A stretch of 64,000 bases of DNA from an uncultured Bacilli bacterium (GCA_934167875.1 CAKPMC010000001.1:13634-77633), one strand, 5' to 3'; shown: positions 9,338 through 20,379, counted from the first letter of the stretch. Notes: generated from the sequence alone by a model not told the origin. Numbers and translations: made by a program.

Positions 9338-10024
9338 TTATAAATTAATAATTTTTCCATCTTCATAAAAACTATAGTAATCATTATCACCAATTATAAC
9401 ATGGTCAATAATAGGAATACCATTTACTTGTCCTAACTCAACTAAAGAATTAGTCAAACGAATATCTTCTCTACTAGGATTTACATTTCCACTAGGATGA
9501 TTATGAACACAAATAATACCTGATGCACTACATAAATAAGCATTTTTAAATACTTCTCTTGGATGTACTACACTACGATTTAAAGTCCCCATAAACAATA
9601 ATTTCCTTTCAATCAATTCTTTTCTTTGATTAACATATAAGCAATAAAAATACTCCTGTTTTTTATCATATAATTGATACTTCATATAATTATAAATACT
9701 GTTTGAAGAAGTAAGTAATAACTTATCACTAAAGTTATCATTCATATAAATTCGTTTACCAAGTTCAACAACACTAAGTAAAGTAAGAGCTTGTACTAGT
9801 CCTATTCCTTTTATCTGCTGTAACTGTTCCTTAGTTGCATCTTTTAAATTATTTATCCCATTAAAATAATTAAGAACATTATTACTAATCTCTTTTACAG
9901 ATAGTTTGCCATTACCAGTTTTTAGTATTATCGATAGTAATTCTTCATTAGATAAATTTTCTTTTCCATATTCCATTAACCTTTCTCTAGGTCTTTCTTT
10001 TAGTGGTAAATCTTTTACCTTCAT
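9338..10024 (-). CDS. radC: RadC-like JAB-domain protein (UPF0758)
   Basis: The JAB metalloprotease motif HNHPSGNVNPSREDIRLT and the helix-hairpin-helix-like N-terminal region are present. The gene sits upstream of mreC, as in the Bacillus maf-radC-mre cluster. Confidence 0.85.
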   Translation of the reverse strand: MKVKDLPLKERPRERLMEYGKENLSNEELLSIILKTGNGKLSVKEISNNVLNYFNGINNLKDATKEQLQQIKGIGLVQALTLLSVVELGKRIYMNDNFSDKLLLTSSNSIYNYMKYQLYDKKQEYFYCLYVNQRKELIERKLLFMGTLNRSVVHPREVFKNAYLCSASGIICVHNHPSGNVNPSREDIRLTNSLVELGQVNGIPIIDHVIIGDNDYYSFYEDGKIINL

Positions 10025-10065
10025 AATATCACCTAGTTATATTATTTACATAATTTATAAAATAT

Positions 10066-10518
10066 CTAAGGATTTAAAACAATTTCATCATAAGTAGCTA
10101 AAACTGTCTTTAAGACCGAATTAACTTCATCTATATTTTTACTACTTTCTAGTAAAACATCATACTGATTAAGCTGATTTATAAAATCAGTATTATTCAA
10201 ATTACTATGTTTAATATAAATATCTATTCCTTTGTCTTTATACATTTTTTTAATATTTTCAGCTATTTTTAAATTACCAGTCATTCCAATATAAGAATAG
10301 TATTTATCCCCTTCTTTTACTGTAATCTTAGTATCAATTCCATCTATCTTAGTATTACTAACATCATTATTAGTATAGGCACCACACTGTAAATAATAGA
10401 TATTATCATTTTCACTAAATACTAGTCCATTAACACCATATTGATTAAAAATAAATGAAGCACATAAATATCCAAGTAAAACTGCACATATTATAGGAAT
10501 AATTAAATTCATCTTCAT
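10066..10518 (-). CDS. Hypothetical membrane-anchored protein (150 aa)
   Basis: An ORF with an N-terminal hydrophobic segment and no recognisable motif. Confidence 0.45.
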   Translation of the reverse strand: MKMNLIIPIICAVLLGYLCASFIFNQYGVNGLVFSENDNIYYLQCGAYTNNDVSNTKIDGIDTKITVKEGDKYYSYIGMTGNLKIAENIKKMYKDKGIDIYIKHSNLNNTDFINQLNQYDVLLESSKNIDEVNSVLKTVLATYDEIVLNP

Positions 10519-10566
10519 ATCATCACCACTATTAGCATACGCTACTGGTTATAAAAAAAATGTCGA

Positions 10567-10600
10567 AAAAAAATAAGTACTTGAAATTTGTACTTATTTT
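10567..10600 (-). terminator. Putative rho-independent terminator after proS
   Basis: On the minus strand a hairpin AAATAAGTAC...GTACTTATTT is followed by TTTTTTTT. The stem is AT-rich. Confidence 0.4.
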
Positions 10601-10609
10601 TACACAATT

Positions 10610-12043
10610 TTAATATTGTTTTCCCCAATATACTAAGTGAGTAGCTTTTTCTCCACAAACTAAACATTTACCATCGTGATTATCACCATCAAATGGAATA
10701 CATCTAGAAGTAATTCCAGTCTCTTCTTTTATTTTATCTTCACATTCACGTTTTCCACACCAATAAGCCTTGATAAAGCCATTTTCTTTTTCAGCTAAAG
10801 CTTTCATTTCTTCTAGTGTTAAAACTGATTTAGTCATTTCATCTCTTCTAATTTTTGCACGAATATACATACTATTTTGAATTTCTAATAATAGTTTAAT
10901 TACCTCTTCAACTACACTATCTAATGTAACATGAACTTTTTCTAAAGTGTCACGTCTTACCAAAACACATAAATCATTTTCCAAATCTTTTGGTCCAAAT
11001 TCAATACGAACAGGTATTCCTCTCATTTCAGCTTCAGCAAATCTAAAGCCAGGAGATTTTTCACTATCATCAACTTCACAAGTAATACCAGCAAGTTTTA
11101 AGCTTTTAGCTATCTCATAACTTTTATCTAATACTTCAGTATTATTTTTACCAATTGGAATAATAGATACTTTAATAGGTGCGATATTAGGAGGAAGAAC
11201 TAATCCATGATCATCACTATGAGTCATAATCATTGCTCCAATAATACGTGTTGTCATTCCCCAAGAAGTTTGAAACATATATTTTTCAGTATTATCCTTA
11301 TCCATAAATTTCATATTAAAAGCTCTAGCAAACCCATCACCAAAATAATGACTAGTACCAGATTGTAACGCAACACCATTATACATTAAAGCTTCAATAG
11401 TATATGTAGCTTCAGCTCCGGCAAATCTTTCTTTTTCTGTTTTTTCACCCTTTATAACTGGTATAGCTAGTACTTCTTCACAAAAATCAGCATATATATT
11501 TAACATTTTTAAAGTTTCTTCTTTAGCTTCTTCACTAGTAGCATGGACAGTATGACCCTCTTGCCATAAAAATTCTCTACTTCTTAAAAAAGGACGTGTT
11601 GTTTTTTCCCAACGTACAACACTACACCATTGATTATATAGTTTAGGTAAATCACGATAACTTTTAACTATATTGGCATAATGTTCACAAAATAAAGTTT
11701 CACTAGTAGGTCTTACACAAAGTCTTTCTGGTAATTCCTCATTACCTCCTTGAGTTACCCAAGCAACTTCTGGAGCAAAACCTTCAACATGATCTTTTTC
11801 CTTTTGTAGTAAAGATTCAGGTATAAACATTGGCATATAAACATTTTGATGACCTGTTTCTTTAAATTTTTTATCAAGCTCTTTCTGAATATTTTCCCAA
11901 ATAGCAAAACCATAAGGTCTAATAATCATACAGCCTTTAACACTAGAATAGTCAATTAATTCTGCTTTTTTACATACATCAGTATACCATTTAGCAAAAT
12001 CAACATCACGGCTAGTTATTTCTTTTAATTCTTTTTGATCCAT
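10610..12043 (-). CDS. proS: Prolyl-tRNA synthetase, archaeal/eukaryotic-type class II
   Basis: About 478 aa ending in the conserved C-terminal Tyr (YWGKQY) with class II motifs. AGGAAGTGAG precedes the ATG at 12043. Confidence 0.93.
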   Translation of the reverse strand: MDQKELKEITSRDVDFAKWYTDVCKKAELIDYSSVKGCMIIRPYGFAIWENIQKELDKKFKETGHQNVYMPMFIPESLLQKEKDHVEGFAPEVAWVTQGGNEELPERLCVRPTSETLFCEHYANIVKSYRDLPKLYNQWCSVVRWEKTTRPFLRSREFLWQEGHTVHATSEEAKEETLKMLNIYADFCEEVLAIPVIKGEKTEKERFAGAEATYTIEALMYNGVALQSGTSHYFGDGFARAFNMKFMDKDNTEKYMFQTSWGMTTRIIGAMIMTHSDDHGLVLPPNIAPIKVSIIPIGKNNTEVLDKSYEIAKSLKLAGITCEVDDSEKSPGFRFAEAEMRGIPVRIEFGPKDLENDLCVLVRRDTLEKVHVTLDSVVEEVIKLLLEIQNSMYIRAKIRRDEMTKSVLTLEEMKALAEKENGFIKAYWCGKRECEDKIKEETGITSRCIPFDGDNHDGKCLVCGEKATHLVYWGKQY

Positions 12044-12089
12044 TTTTCTCACTTCCTAGTAAGATTATACATTAAAAACACTTATTTTA

Positions 12090-12476
12090 TCAACAAAAAC
12101 AACTATCTTTTTTAATCATTACTTTTCTATCCGTACAATTTAAACTATCTATACCAAAATATTCTTTTAACACTAATATCATATGTTGATACTTAATAAT
12201 AGCTTCATCATACTGGCTAGAAGCAACCAAACTAGCTATTTCTGATAAAAACATCTTATAAAACTGCATCCATATATCTTTATCATGTGTTAAATCAAAA
12301 GTCTGTTTTATGTCATCAGCAATAACGCATCCTAATTCATCATCTTCTAGTAAAGCATTCTCATACTTAGGGTTACACTTAACAACACTATTTAAATCAG
12401 TTAATTCTTTTAAAACAAAACATTCCTTAGAATATCCTAATACATCACATAACACTACTATAATAATTTTATTCAT
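12090..12476 (-). CDS. Hypothetical small protein, paralog A of a tandem pair
   Basis: It shares CDVLGY..C.VL and W.QFY...KEYF motifs with the next gene. AGGAAGG precedes the ATG. Confidence 0.55.
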   Translation of the reverse strand: MNKIIIVVLCDVLGYSKECFVLKELTDLNSVVKCNPKYENALLEDDELGCVIADDIKQTFDLTHDKDIWMQFYKMFLSEIASLVASSQYDEAIIKYQHMILVLKEYFGIDSLNCTDRKVMIKKDSCFC

Positions 12477-12568
12477 ATTATACCTTCCTAACTATATAGT
12501 TTATGCAAAATAAAAGAGAAGTACCACAAATACTTCTCTTTAACTACTATTTAATAATAACAGATATT

Positions 12569-13117
12569 TTAATTTTGTTCAATAATTTTTACTCTACCAT
12601 GTCCACCATTAGTATAATCATAATTAATAACATCAGGATTATATTCATCTAAGTTAAAATATTCTTTTAGTGCTGCCACCATTTCTTTATATCTATTAAC
12701 AGCAGCATCAAATTTACCATCAGATACATAATTAGCTGTAGGTTGTAAATAAAAGTTATAGAACTGTGTCCATATTTCTCTATCGTTATTTTCTTCATAT
12801 TCCTTTTTAATAAAATAAGCAATATCAGGTCCAAGTGTATCATACTCTAATAAAAGATCACTATATTTAGAATCTTTTTGCATTACATTGTCTCTGAATG
12901 ATCTAAGAGTATCTAAAACACTACAATCATCAGCATACCCTAAAACATCACAAATAATAGTCGTTATATAACATCCACTACTAATCTCTCTAGGATTTTG
13001 ATGAGAACAACTATCACCAGGATAATAATATGTTCTATACCAACTACAATATCCTTTACTACAATCTCCTTGAAAATCAAAATATGTGCATCCACCACAT
13101 TGTGTTTCATATGCCAT
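12569..13117 (-). CDS. Hypothetical protein, paralog B, with an extra Cys-rich N-terminal extension
   Basis: The C-terminal 130 aa align with paralog A (ITTIICDVLGYADDCSVL, IWTQFY, ALKEYFNLDEYN). The N-terminal 50 aa carry 9 Cys. AAGGAGTGG precedes the ATG. Confidence 0.55.
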   Translation of the reverse strand: MAYETQCGGCTYFDFQGDCSKGYCSWYRTYYYPGDSCSHQNPREISSGCYITTIICDVLGYADDCSVLDTLRSFRDNVMQKDSKYSDLLLEYDTLGPDIAYFIKKEYEENNDREIWTQFYNFYLQPTANYVSDGKFDAAVNRYKEMVAALKEYFNLDEYNPDVINYDYTNGGHGRVKIIEQN

Positions 13118-13136
13118 TTAAACCACTCCTTTATAA

Positions 13137-13817
13137 TTAATAACTAATTTTCTGTGTTAATTGATAATCTGGAAAATATTCATTCATAATTTTACTACAA
13201 TTTTGAACATAATCAACTGACATTTTTTTCTTTTTCCAATTAACCCAACCATTATACATACCAAAAATATCATCAAGTGTATCAACATCATCTCTACTAG
13301 TAATATCATTTAATAAAAATAAACATGCTTCAGTGTTCTTTATTGGATCATTTAGTATTTCATCTTTAGTAAAACCAAGTTTAGTATTAATATAAGATAA
13401 ATTAGCTTTATTAATTTGAAATAATCCATAATCATTAGTAGCAGATATCACGCCATTAGTATTCCAAGTACCACCAGATTCTTGTTCACCAATAGTAAGC
13501 ACTATTTGATATGGTATACCATAATCATCTGACAATCTTTTTATTTCATCTTCTAATTCATTACTTAATGCCATTCCAGAATAATTATTTTCGCTAAATG
13601 TAATAGTAGAAGAATAATTATTGTTAATACAATCAGATAAATCAAAATTTAGATTAGTAAAACTATCAAAGTTAACATGTGATAATGAGAATTTAGAGGT
13701 AGCCTCACTAGCTAAACTTTCATGATTTGATGAACTAAAAATGGAAAACACAAAAGCAAAATAAAATAAATTACAGTATAATTTAGAAACAGCTTTTTTC
13801 TTCTTGTAATAATTCAT
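13137..13817 (-). CDS. Secreted lytic-transglycosylase-like (SLT-domain) protein
   Basis: An N-terminal signal peptide is followed by GEQESGG and YGLFQIN, which resemble the catalytic Glu and GLMQ motifs of SLT domains. Confidence 0.5.
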   Translation of the reverse strand: MNYYKKKKAVSKLYCNLFYFAFVFSIFSSSNHESLASEATSKFSLSHVNFDSFTNLNFDLSDCINNNYSSTITFSENNYSGMALSNELEDEIKRLSDDYGIPYQIVLTIGEQESGGTWNTNGVISATNDYGLFQINKANLSYINTKLGFTKDEILNDPIKNTEACLFLLNDITSRDDVDTLDDIFGMYNGWVNWKKKKMSVDYVQNCSKIMNEYFPDYQLTQKISY

Positions 13818-13840
13818 CTAATATCACCACCACTGTCGAC

Positions 13841-13873
13841 ATATTATACCACAAAAAGTTAAAGTTCGCAATC
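13841..13873 (-). promoter_or_regulatory. Putative sigma-A promoter with extended -10 (TTGCGA-17-TGGTATAAT) for the SLT gene cluster
   Basis: On the minus strand, TTGCGA (13866-13871), a 17-nt spacer and TGg-TATAAT (13843-13848) lie about 25 nt upstream of the ATG at 13817. Confidence 0.5.
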
Positions 13874-13914
13874 TTTTTATAAAAATCACATTTCAATATT
13901 TAATACCAATTTAT

Positions 13915-13946
13915 CAACAAAAAAGTCATAAACTTCGGTTTATGAC
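13915..13946 (-). terminator. Rho-independent terminator after the 602-aa TasA-like gene
   Basis: On the minus strand a hairpin GTCATAAAC-cgaa-GTTTATGAC is followed by TTTTTTGTTG, 6 nt after the stop. Confidence 0.65.
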
Positions 13947-13951
13947 TAAAA

Positions 13952-15760
13952 TCATTGTATTACAAATGGATCTGAACTTGATCCTGTCCCTGAAACTTTA
14001 GTATCTACTTTAATATTAACAACAGGACGAAGCAAATTAGAATAATTGGTACGATTACTATAAACAATGCCTGAATCATTAATGCGCCATTCACCTAAAT
14101 ATGTTATACCTACACCAGATGGGCTCATAGTCCAAGCAAAAGTACCGTTTTGTAAGTAATAAGAATCATTTTCTTGGTTAAAATAACCACCAGCATAGAT
14201 TAGTTCATCATATGTTATAAGTCCTATGTTAGAACTAACCAATCCTTTACCATTACCATCAGTTTCACATTTAAAGTTTGGAGTATAACTATCATATACT
14301 ATCATTTCTGCATTACCAGAAGTCCAAGAAGATGAAAACTTAGTTTTTGCTTCTTCACAATAATAATTACCAGTTGCTACATATTTTGAATAATTAGTAT
14401 TGTTTTTTATATTAGTACTATACCAATTTTCTAATTGTGTTTTAGCTTTGCTATTTGAATAATACATATATGTATAATTATCATATTTTGAATTAAATAC
14501 ATAACTAGCATTATTATTAATTCCATTTTGCATTATCATTCTTATTGTTCCATCTTCATTAATACGTACTATTCTCCATGTAAATCCAGCAAATGATACA
14601 TAATTATTTTCTACTGCTCCTCTAAAATAATAAGTAGGTTTACCAGTATTAGTATCAATTGATTTATATAATCCACTTTCATCACTAGTATTATTACTTG
14701 ATGTAGTTAATGTTGGTTCTTTAGTTATTAATGGGTTAACCTTTAGTATTTCATCTTTTAAAACAACTTTACCTTTTTCTACACTAATTTTAATTTTATA
14801 TTCATTAGTTGCTGTTTTATCTTCACTTGTTACTGTTACTTTAAAATAATTATCTCCTGGATTTAATTCAACTGTCTTTTTAGTTGATAGTCTTTTAATA
14901 TTTGATCTTGTTTCGTTATATGCTAAACTATCTATCTTCTCTACTTTAACTGTAGAATATTCATTTTCTGTTTCAATATCTATAGCTGCTTCTGTTGTTC
15001 CTTCTGGTAATGTAGCTTCATATTGATATTCTTTATCTTCTACTTTTGTAAGTTCACTATTATTTACTCTTACACTTTTTATGTTAGCATTTGCTGCTTG
15101 AACTTTATCACTTTCTGTTACTACATTAGCATTTGCATATACATTAACCGTTAAAGTAAAAGTCTTTCCATTATATGGATATGTATCATTTCCATCTTCA
15201 TCTTTTACTGGTGAAAAATCGATACCTTCATCTAACCACATTCTTAATTTAAAATTCTTTTCATATTTAGTTGTATTTGCTGGTACTTTTCCTTTATATA
15301 ATGTCTTCTCTACTATTCCTTCTGGTATAGTTGTATCAGTTTCTTTTAAATTAGAATAATTATCAAGTAATAATTCACTCTCTTCTCCATCTACTTCTGT
15401 TAAATATACTTTTACTGCTTTTTCATCTAATGTTGAATTACTACTTTTTCTTGCTGTTACTTCATATGGAATACTAGTATTACTTAATGTATCTGATGTT
15501 ATCTTAAATTCAAATACATTACCACTTCCTGTTAACAGTTTCCCTTGATCATCACTAATAGGTAAACTATCTTCTATCTTTATTCCTTTTCCTACTCCTG
15601 TTACTTCTGTATATAAGAATGTTATTGTTCCTGTTTTTATACTATTTTCTGTTGTTCCTTTTTTAGTATAACTAAAGAATGCATAACTTACTCCTATCGT
15701 TACTACTAGTAACATAACTATCGCTATTACCGATAATACCAAATTCTTTTTATTTTTCAT
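13952..15760 (-). CDS. Secreted protein with a SipW-cognate/TasA-camelysin-like N-terminal signal motif plus a large C-terminal extension (paralog 1, 602 aa)
   Basis: The N-terminus MKNKKNLVLSVIAIVMLLVVTIGVSYAFFSYTKKGTTEN resembles the TasA-family A.F.D signal-peptidase motif. The first 200 aa align with the 30904 and 27191 paralogs. AGGAGGAT precedes the ATG. Confidence 0.55.
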   Translation of the reverse strand: MKNKKNLVLSVIAIVMLLVVTIGVSYAFFSYTKKGTTENSIKTGTITFLYTEVTGVGKGIKIEDSLPISDDQGKLLTGSGNVFEFKITSDTLSNTSIPYEVTARKSSNSTLDEKAVKVYLTEVDGEESELLLDNYSNLKETDTTIPEGIVEKTLYKGKVPANTTKYEKNFKLRMWLDEGIDFSPVKDEDGNDTYPYNGKTFTLTVNVYANANVVTESDKVQAANANIKSVRVNNSELTKVEDKEYQYEATLPEGTTEAAIDIETENEYSTVKVEKIDSLAYNETRSNIKRLSTKKTVELNPGDNYFKVTVTSEDKTATNEYKIKISVEKGKVVLKDEILKVNPLITKEPTLTTSSNNTSDESGLYKSIDTNTGKPTYYFRGAVENNYVSFAGFTWRIVRINEDGTIRMIMQNGINNNASYVFNSKYDNYTYMYYSNSKAKTQLENWYSTNIKNNTNYSKYVATGNYYCEEAKTKFSSSWTSGNAEMIVYDSYTPNFKCETDGNGKGLVSSNIGLITYDELIYAGGYFNQENDSYYLQNGTFAWTMSPSGVGITYLGEWRINDSGIVYSNRTNYSNLLRPVVNIKVDTKVSGTGSSSDPFVIQ

Positions 15761-15832
15761 TATATCCTCCTACAACCCGAATATTCTATCTTATTACATT
15801 ACCAGTATATCTCATTTATTATTTATATACAA

Positions 15833-15858
15833 GAAAAAAGAACTGCAAACGCAGTCCT
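15833..15858 (-). terminator. Rho-independent terminator after htpG
   Basis: On the minus strand a hairpin GGACUGC-guuu-GCAGUUC is followed by UUUUUUCUU. Confidence 0.55.
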
Positions 15859-15865
15859 TACAAAA

Positions 15866-17749
15866 TTAATTTTTAGCTAAAACTTCACAAACTAAATTAC
15901 TTATTTCAGTTGGATTATCAATAGGCAGACCTTCTATTAATCTAGCTTGAGCATATAAAATCTTTGTATATTTTTCAAGTTCATCTTTATTATTTTTATA
16001 TAATTCATCTAACTTTTTACTGATATCATGATTTTCATTAATTTCAAGTATTGTCTTAGCCTTTACCTTTTCATCAGTTGGCATAGCATTCATAACTTTT
16101 TCCATTTCAATTGAAACATCACCTTCAGTAACCAAACAAACTGGATGATTTTTTAAACGATGAGTAAATCTTATATCACTAACATTATTATCTTTAAGTG
16201 TGTTTTTCATAACTTCAAATACATCTTTATATTCCTTATTCTTATTTTGAAGTTCTTGTTTTTCTTCATCACTATCAAGATCTACATTACTAGTAGATAC
16301 ATTAACAAATTGTTTTCCATCATAATTATTCATTACTTGCATAACGAATTCATCAACATAATCAGTTAAATATAATACTTCATATCCCTTATCTTTTAAC
16401 TGTTCTACTTGAGGTAACATATCTATCTTATCAACTGTTTCACCACAAGCATAATAAATTTTATCTTGTTTATCTTTAATACGTGAAATATATTCTTTTA
16501 AAGTAACTAATTTCTTTTCACTAGAAGAATAGAACATTAATAAATCCTGAAGTTCATCTTTCTTTATACCATAACTATTATAAATTCCGAACTTTAATTG
16601 CATACCAAATGCTTTAAAGAATTTTTCATAATTATCCCTATCTTCTTCAATCATCGTTTCTAATTCTTTTTTAATCTTCTTTTCAATATTAGAAGCAATT
16701 AGTCCTAAATTTTTATCTTGTTGAAGCATCTCACGAGAAATGTTTAAAGATAAATCACTTGTATCAACAAGGCCCTTTACAAAACTAAAATAATCTGGTA
16801 AAAGTTCCTTACATTTATCCATAATTAATACGCCATTAGCGTATAACTGTAATCCTTTTTCATATTCTTTAGTGTAAAAGTCATATGGAGCATGTGATGG
16901 AATATATAGTAAAGTTGTATAAGTACATTTACCTTCTACACTAGAATGAATTACCTTAATACTATCTTCATAATCAAAGAATTTATCATGATAGAATTGT
17001 TGATAATCTTCATTTTTAATATTTTTCTTATCTTTTTTCCAAATAGGAATCATACTGTTTAAAGTTTCTTCTTCTGTTTCTTTTTCTACTTCATTGCTAC
17101 CATCTTTTTTATGTTCATGAGTAACCAACATCGTAATAGGATAAGAAATATAATCAGAATACTTTTTAACAATCTGACGTAATTTATATTCTTCTAAGAA
17201 TTCATCATAATCACTACCATCTTTAATAGTAAGAGTAATAGTAGTACCTATATCTTCTTTATTTCCTTCTTTTATTTGATATCCATCTACACCAGTTGAT
17301 TCCCATCTATAGCTTTCTTTACTATCATACTTATGAGATTCAACAACTACATCATTAGCTACCATAAATGAAGAATAGAAACCAACACCAAATTGACCTA
17401 TTATATCAATATTCTTTTTCTTTTCCATTTCCTCTTTAAATAAGGATGAACCACTTTTAGCGATAGTACCTAAATTTTCTTCAAGTTCTTCTTTACTCAT
17501 ACCAATACCATTATCAGAAATAGTAAGTGTACGTTTATCTTTATCTACTGCTAATTTAATTTTTAAGTCATTCTTCTTAACTTTAATATCTTTATCTGTT
17601 AATGATAAATAATATAATTTATCAATCGCATCACTAGCATTTGATATAAGTTCCCTTAAAAATATTTCTTTATTTGTATAAATTGAATTAATCATTAAAT
17701 CAAGTAACTTCTTTGATTCTGCCTTAAACTGTTTTTTCAAAACAATCAT
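15866..17749 (-). CDS. htpG: Chaperone HtpG (Hsp90)
   Basis: The N-terminal ATPase motif NKEIFLRELISNASDAIDK and full Hsp90 architecture are present. The start is either the ATG at 17749 (GGAG abuts it) or the TTG 9 nt downstream. Confidence 0.93.
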   Translation of the reverse strand: MIVLKKQFKAESKKLLDLMINSIYTNKEIFLRELISNASDAIDKLYYLSLTDKDIKVKKNDLKIKLAVDKDKRTLTISDNGIGMSKEELEENLGTIAKSGSSLFKEEMEKKKNIDIIGQFGVGFYSSFMVANDVVVESHKYDSKESYRWESTGVDGYQIKEGNKEDIGTTITLTIKDGSDYDEFLEEYKLRQIVKKYSDYISYPITMLVTHEHKKDGSNEVEKETEEETLNSMIPIWKKDKKNIKNEDYQQFYHDKFFDYEDSIKVIHSSVEGKCTYTTLLYIPSHAPYDFYTKEYEKGLQLYANGVLIMDKCKELLPDYFSFVKGLVDTSDLSLNISREMLQQDKNLGLIASNIEKKIKKELETMIEEDRDNYEKFFKAFGMQLKFGIYNSYGIKKDELQDLLMFYSSSEKKLVTLKEYISRIKDKQDKIYYACGETVDKIDMLPQVEQLKDKGYEVLYLTDYVDEFVMQVMNNYDGKQFVNVSTSNVDLDSDEEKQELQNKNKEYKDVFEVMKNTLKDNNVSDIRFTHRLKNHPVCLVTEGDVSIEMEKVMNAMPTDEKVKAKTILEINENHDISKKLDELYKNNKDELEKYTKILYAQARLIEGLPIDNPTEISNLVCEVLAKN

Positions 17750-17807
17750 CTCCTAACATTTGATATCTTAACTCTTATTTTAGCAATTGTCAAGTATGAG
17801 TGCTAAA

Positions 17808-17847
17808 ATAAACAAAAAAGAAAATGTAAGTAATCTCTTACTTACAT
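17808..17847 (-). terminator. Rho-independent terminator overlapping the valS stop codon
   Basis: On the minus strand a hairpin AUGUAAGUA-agaga-UUACUUACAU is followed by UUUCUUUUUUGUUU. The stem includes the last codons of valS. Confidence 0.6.
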
Positions 17848-20379
17848 ATTATTCTTTAATAATTCTAATTTTTCCTTTTCTTCTGTTAATTTTTTTCTAT
17901 CCATTTCAACTATATTAGCTGGAGCTTTATTAACATAATTACTATTAGCAAGTAAACCTTCACGTCTAGCAATTGAAGCTTCTAATTTAGTTATTTCTTC
18001 TAATTTTTTAGATTCATCTTCTTTACTACCTTCATAGTAATAAGTAATATTAATATTTTTTGATTGATAATTACTACTTAACATATCTGTAATTTCACTA
18101 TCTATTAAATTTTCTTCTTTTATTTTAAGTTGTGAATAATAAATAGATTTAAGTAATTGATCAACTGTTACTTTTACCTTAGCATCTTTCATAATATTAT
18201 TTGATTGTTTTAAGTTACGGATAGAAACGATATCTTCTAGTACCTTATCAATTGTTTCTAATTCATTTGTATAATTATAATCTTCCGCAACAGGATACTT
18301 AGAAATCATGATTGATTTAGCTTCTTTTATTGGTAACATCTGGTAAATTTCTTCTGTTACATAAGGCATAAATGGATGAAGCATTTTAAGAATAGATGTT
18401 AATACCTTTAAAAGTACACTCTTCGTTGTATCATTCATATTAGCTTTAGAAAGTTCAATATACCAGTCACAGAAATCTTCCCAAATAAAGCTATAAAGTT
18501 CATTTCCAACATTATGATATTCATATTTTTCCATGCTTTCTCTAACACTTTTAATAATTCTATTTAGCTTTTCTAAAATCCATTTATCTGTTAATGATAA
18601 ATTTTCTAAAGTATAATTTTCTTCTTTAAAATCTTCCATATTCATTAATACATAACGAGAAGCATTCCATAATTTATTAACAAAATTCCAAGTGGATTTT
18701 ACTTTTTCTTCATCATATCTTAAATCCATACCAGGCGCACTATTTGTAGTTAAGAAAAATCTTAAGGAATCTGCTCCATATTCTTCGATAACGTCCATAG
18801 GATCAACACCATTACCAAGTGATTTTGACATCTTTCTACCAATTTTATCACGAATAAGGCCATGGATTAAACAGTCTTTAAATGGTCTAGAGTTAGTAAA
18901 ATGAAGGCCTTGGAAAGTCATACGATTTACCCAGAATGGAATAATATCATATCCTGTTACTAAACAGTTATTAGGATAGTATCTTTCAAAATCTTCTGTC
19001 TTATCTGGCCAACCCAATGTTGAGAAAGGCCATAAAGCGCTACTAAACCAAGTATCTAAAACATCACTATCTTGTACCCAACCATCTTCTTTAGGAGCTT
19101 CCATTCCTACATATACTTCATCACCTTTATACCAAGCAGGGATTCTATGACCCCACCATAATTGACGAGAAATACACCAGTCATAAGTAATTTCCATCCA
19201 GTGATTCATCGTTTTTTCATATCTTTCTGGCACAAAGTTTACTTTGGTATCTTTATTTTTTTGATTTTCTAAAACTCTATCTGCTAAAGGTCTCATCTTT
19301 ACAAACCATTGTTTAGATAAGTATGGTTCAACTACTGCATCACTTCTCTCACTATGACCAACACTATGAGTCATTGGTTCAATAGAAATTAATAAATCCT
19401 CTTTCTTTAAATCTTCTAATAATTTTTCTCTACACTCTTCTCTAGTTAAACCACAGTATTTTCCAGCATTTTCATTCATAGTAGCATCTGGATTCATGAC
19501 TACAACTCTTTCTAGGTTATGACGATTACCTACTTCAAAATCGTTAGGATCATGAGCAGGCGTGATTTTAACGACACCAGTTCCAAATTCAGGATCAGCG
19601 TGCATATCACCAATAATAGGAATTAATTTACCAACAATTGGTAAGATTACCTTTTTACCAATTAAATCTTTATACCTAGTATCATCTGGATTAACAGCAA
19701 CAGCAGTATCGCCAAATAATGTTTCAGGACGAGTTGTCGCAACATCTAGATACATACTCTTATCTTCTAAATAATATTTTAAATGATAGAAAGCTCCCTC
19801 ATCATCTTTATAAATAACCTCTTCATTAGATAAAGCTGTCATTTGAACAGGATCCCAGTTAATAATTCTTTCTCCCCTATAAATTAAACCTTGATTATAT
19901 AAATCAACAAATACTTGTCTTACTGCTTTTGATAATCCTTCATCTAAAGTAAATCTTTCTCTAGAATAATCTAGTGATAATCCTAAAGTTTTCCACTGTC
20001 TATGAATATTTTCTGCATATTCCTTTTTCCAATCCCAAGCAACTTTTAACCACTCTTCTCTATCCATTTCACGTGGTTTAATACCTTGTTCCTTTAATTT
20101 TTTATCAACTTTAGCTTGTGTTGCGATACCAGCATGATCCATTCCAGGAAGCCACAAAGCATCATATCCGTCCATTCTTTTATAACGAACCATAATATCT
20201 TGTAGTGTTGTATCCCAAGCATGACCTAAATGAAGTTTACCAGTTACATTAGGTGGTGGTATTACGACACAAAAAGGTACTTTACTTTTATCTTTTCCTG
20301 CTTCAAAGAATCCATTATCTTTCCAAAAATCATATTTATTTTCTTCTACTATCTTATGATCATATTTTTTATCTAACAT
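17842..20379 (-). CDS. valS: Valyl-tRNA synthetase
   Basis: A class I HIGH region ([12 protein letters not shown]) and KMSKS (KMSKSLGN) are present, with a C-terminal coiled-coil. AGGAGGAAG precedes the ATG. Confidence 0.95.
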   Translation of the reverse strand: MLDKKYDHKIVEENKYDFWKDNGFFEAGKDKSKVPFCVVIPPPNVTGKLHLGHAWDTTLQDIMVRYKRMDGYDALWLPGMDHAGIATQAKVDKKLKEQGIKPREMDREEWLKVAWDWKKEYAENIHRQWKTLGLSLDYSRERFTLDEGLSKAVRQVFVDLYNQGLIYRGERIINWDPVQMTALSNEEVIYKDDEGAFYHLKYYLEDKSMYLDVATTRPETLFGDTAVAVNPDDTRYKDLIGKKVILPIVGKLIPIIGDMHADPEFGTGVVKITPAHDPNDFEVGNRHNLERVVVMNPDATMNENAGKYCGLTREECREKLLEDLKKEDLLISIEPMTHSVGHSERSDAVVEPYLSKQWFVKMRPLADRVLENQKNKDTKVNFVPERYEKTMNHWMEITYDWCISRQLWWGHRIPAWYKGDEVYVGMEAPKEDGWVQDSDVLDTWFSSALWPFSTLGWPDKTEDFERYYPNNCLVTGYDIIPFWVNRMTFQGLHFTNSRPFKDCLIHGLIRDKIGRKMSKSLGNGVDPMDVIEEYGADSLRFFLTTNSAPGMDLRYDEEKVKSTWNFVNKLWNASRYVLMNMEDFKEENYTLENLSLTDKWILEKLNRIIKSVRESMEKYEYHNVGNELYSFIWEDFCDWYIELSKANMNDTTKSVLLKVLTSILKMLHPFMPYVTEEIYQMLPIKEAKSIMISKYPVAEDYNYTNELETIDKVLEDIVSIRNLKQSNNIMKDAKVKVTVDQLLKSIYYSQLKIKEENLIDSEITDMLSSNYQSKNINITYYYEGSKEDESKKLEEITKLEASIARREGLLANSNYVNKAPANIVEMDRKKLTEEKEKLELLKNNM

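Noticed and set aside
9906-10097. 63-aa plus-strand ORF
   Set aside because: It is antisense to the radC 5-prime end and is a low-complexity Ser/Ile-rich artefact of AT-rich DNA.
12310-12513. 67-aa plus-strand ORF
   Set aside because: It is antisense to the 12090-12476 gene, with no RBS.
16160-16369. 69-aa plus-strand ORF inside htpG
   Set aside because: It is antisense to a highly conserved gene, and its Ile/Phe-rich composition is typical of a shadow ORF.
18692-18904. 70-aa plus-strand ORF inside valS
   Set aside because: Antisense shadow ORF.
19562-19774. 70-aa plus-strand ORF inside valS
   Set aside because: Antisense shadow ORF.
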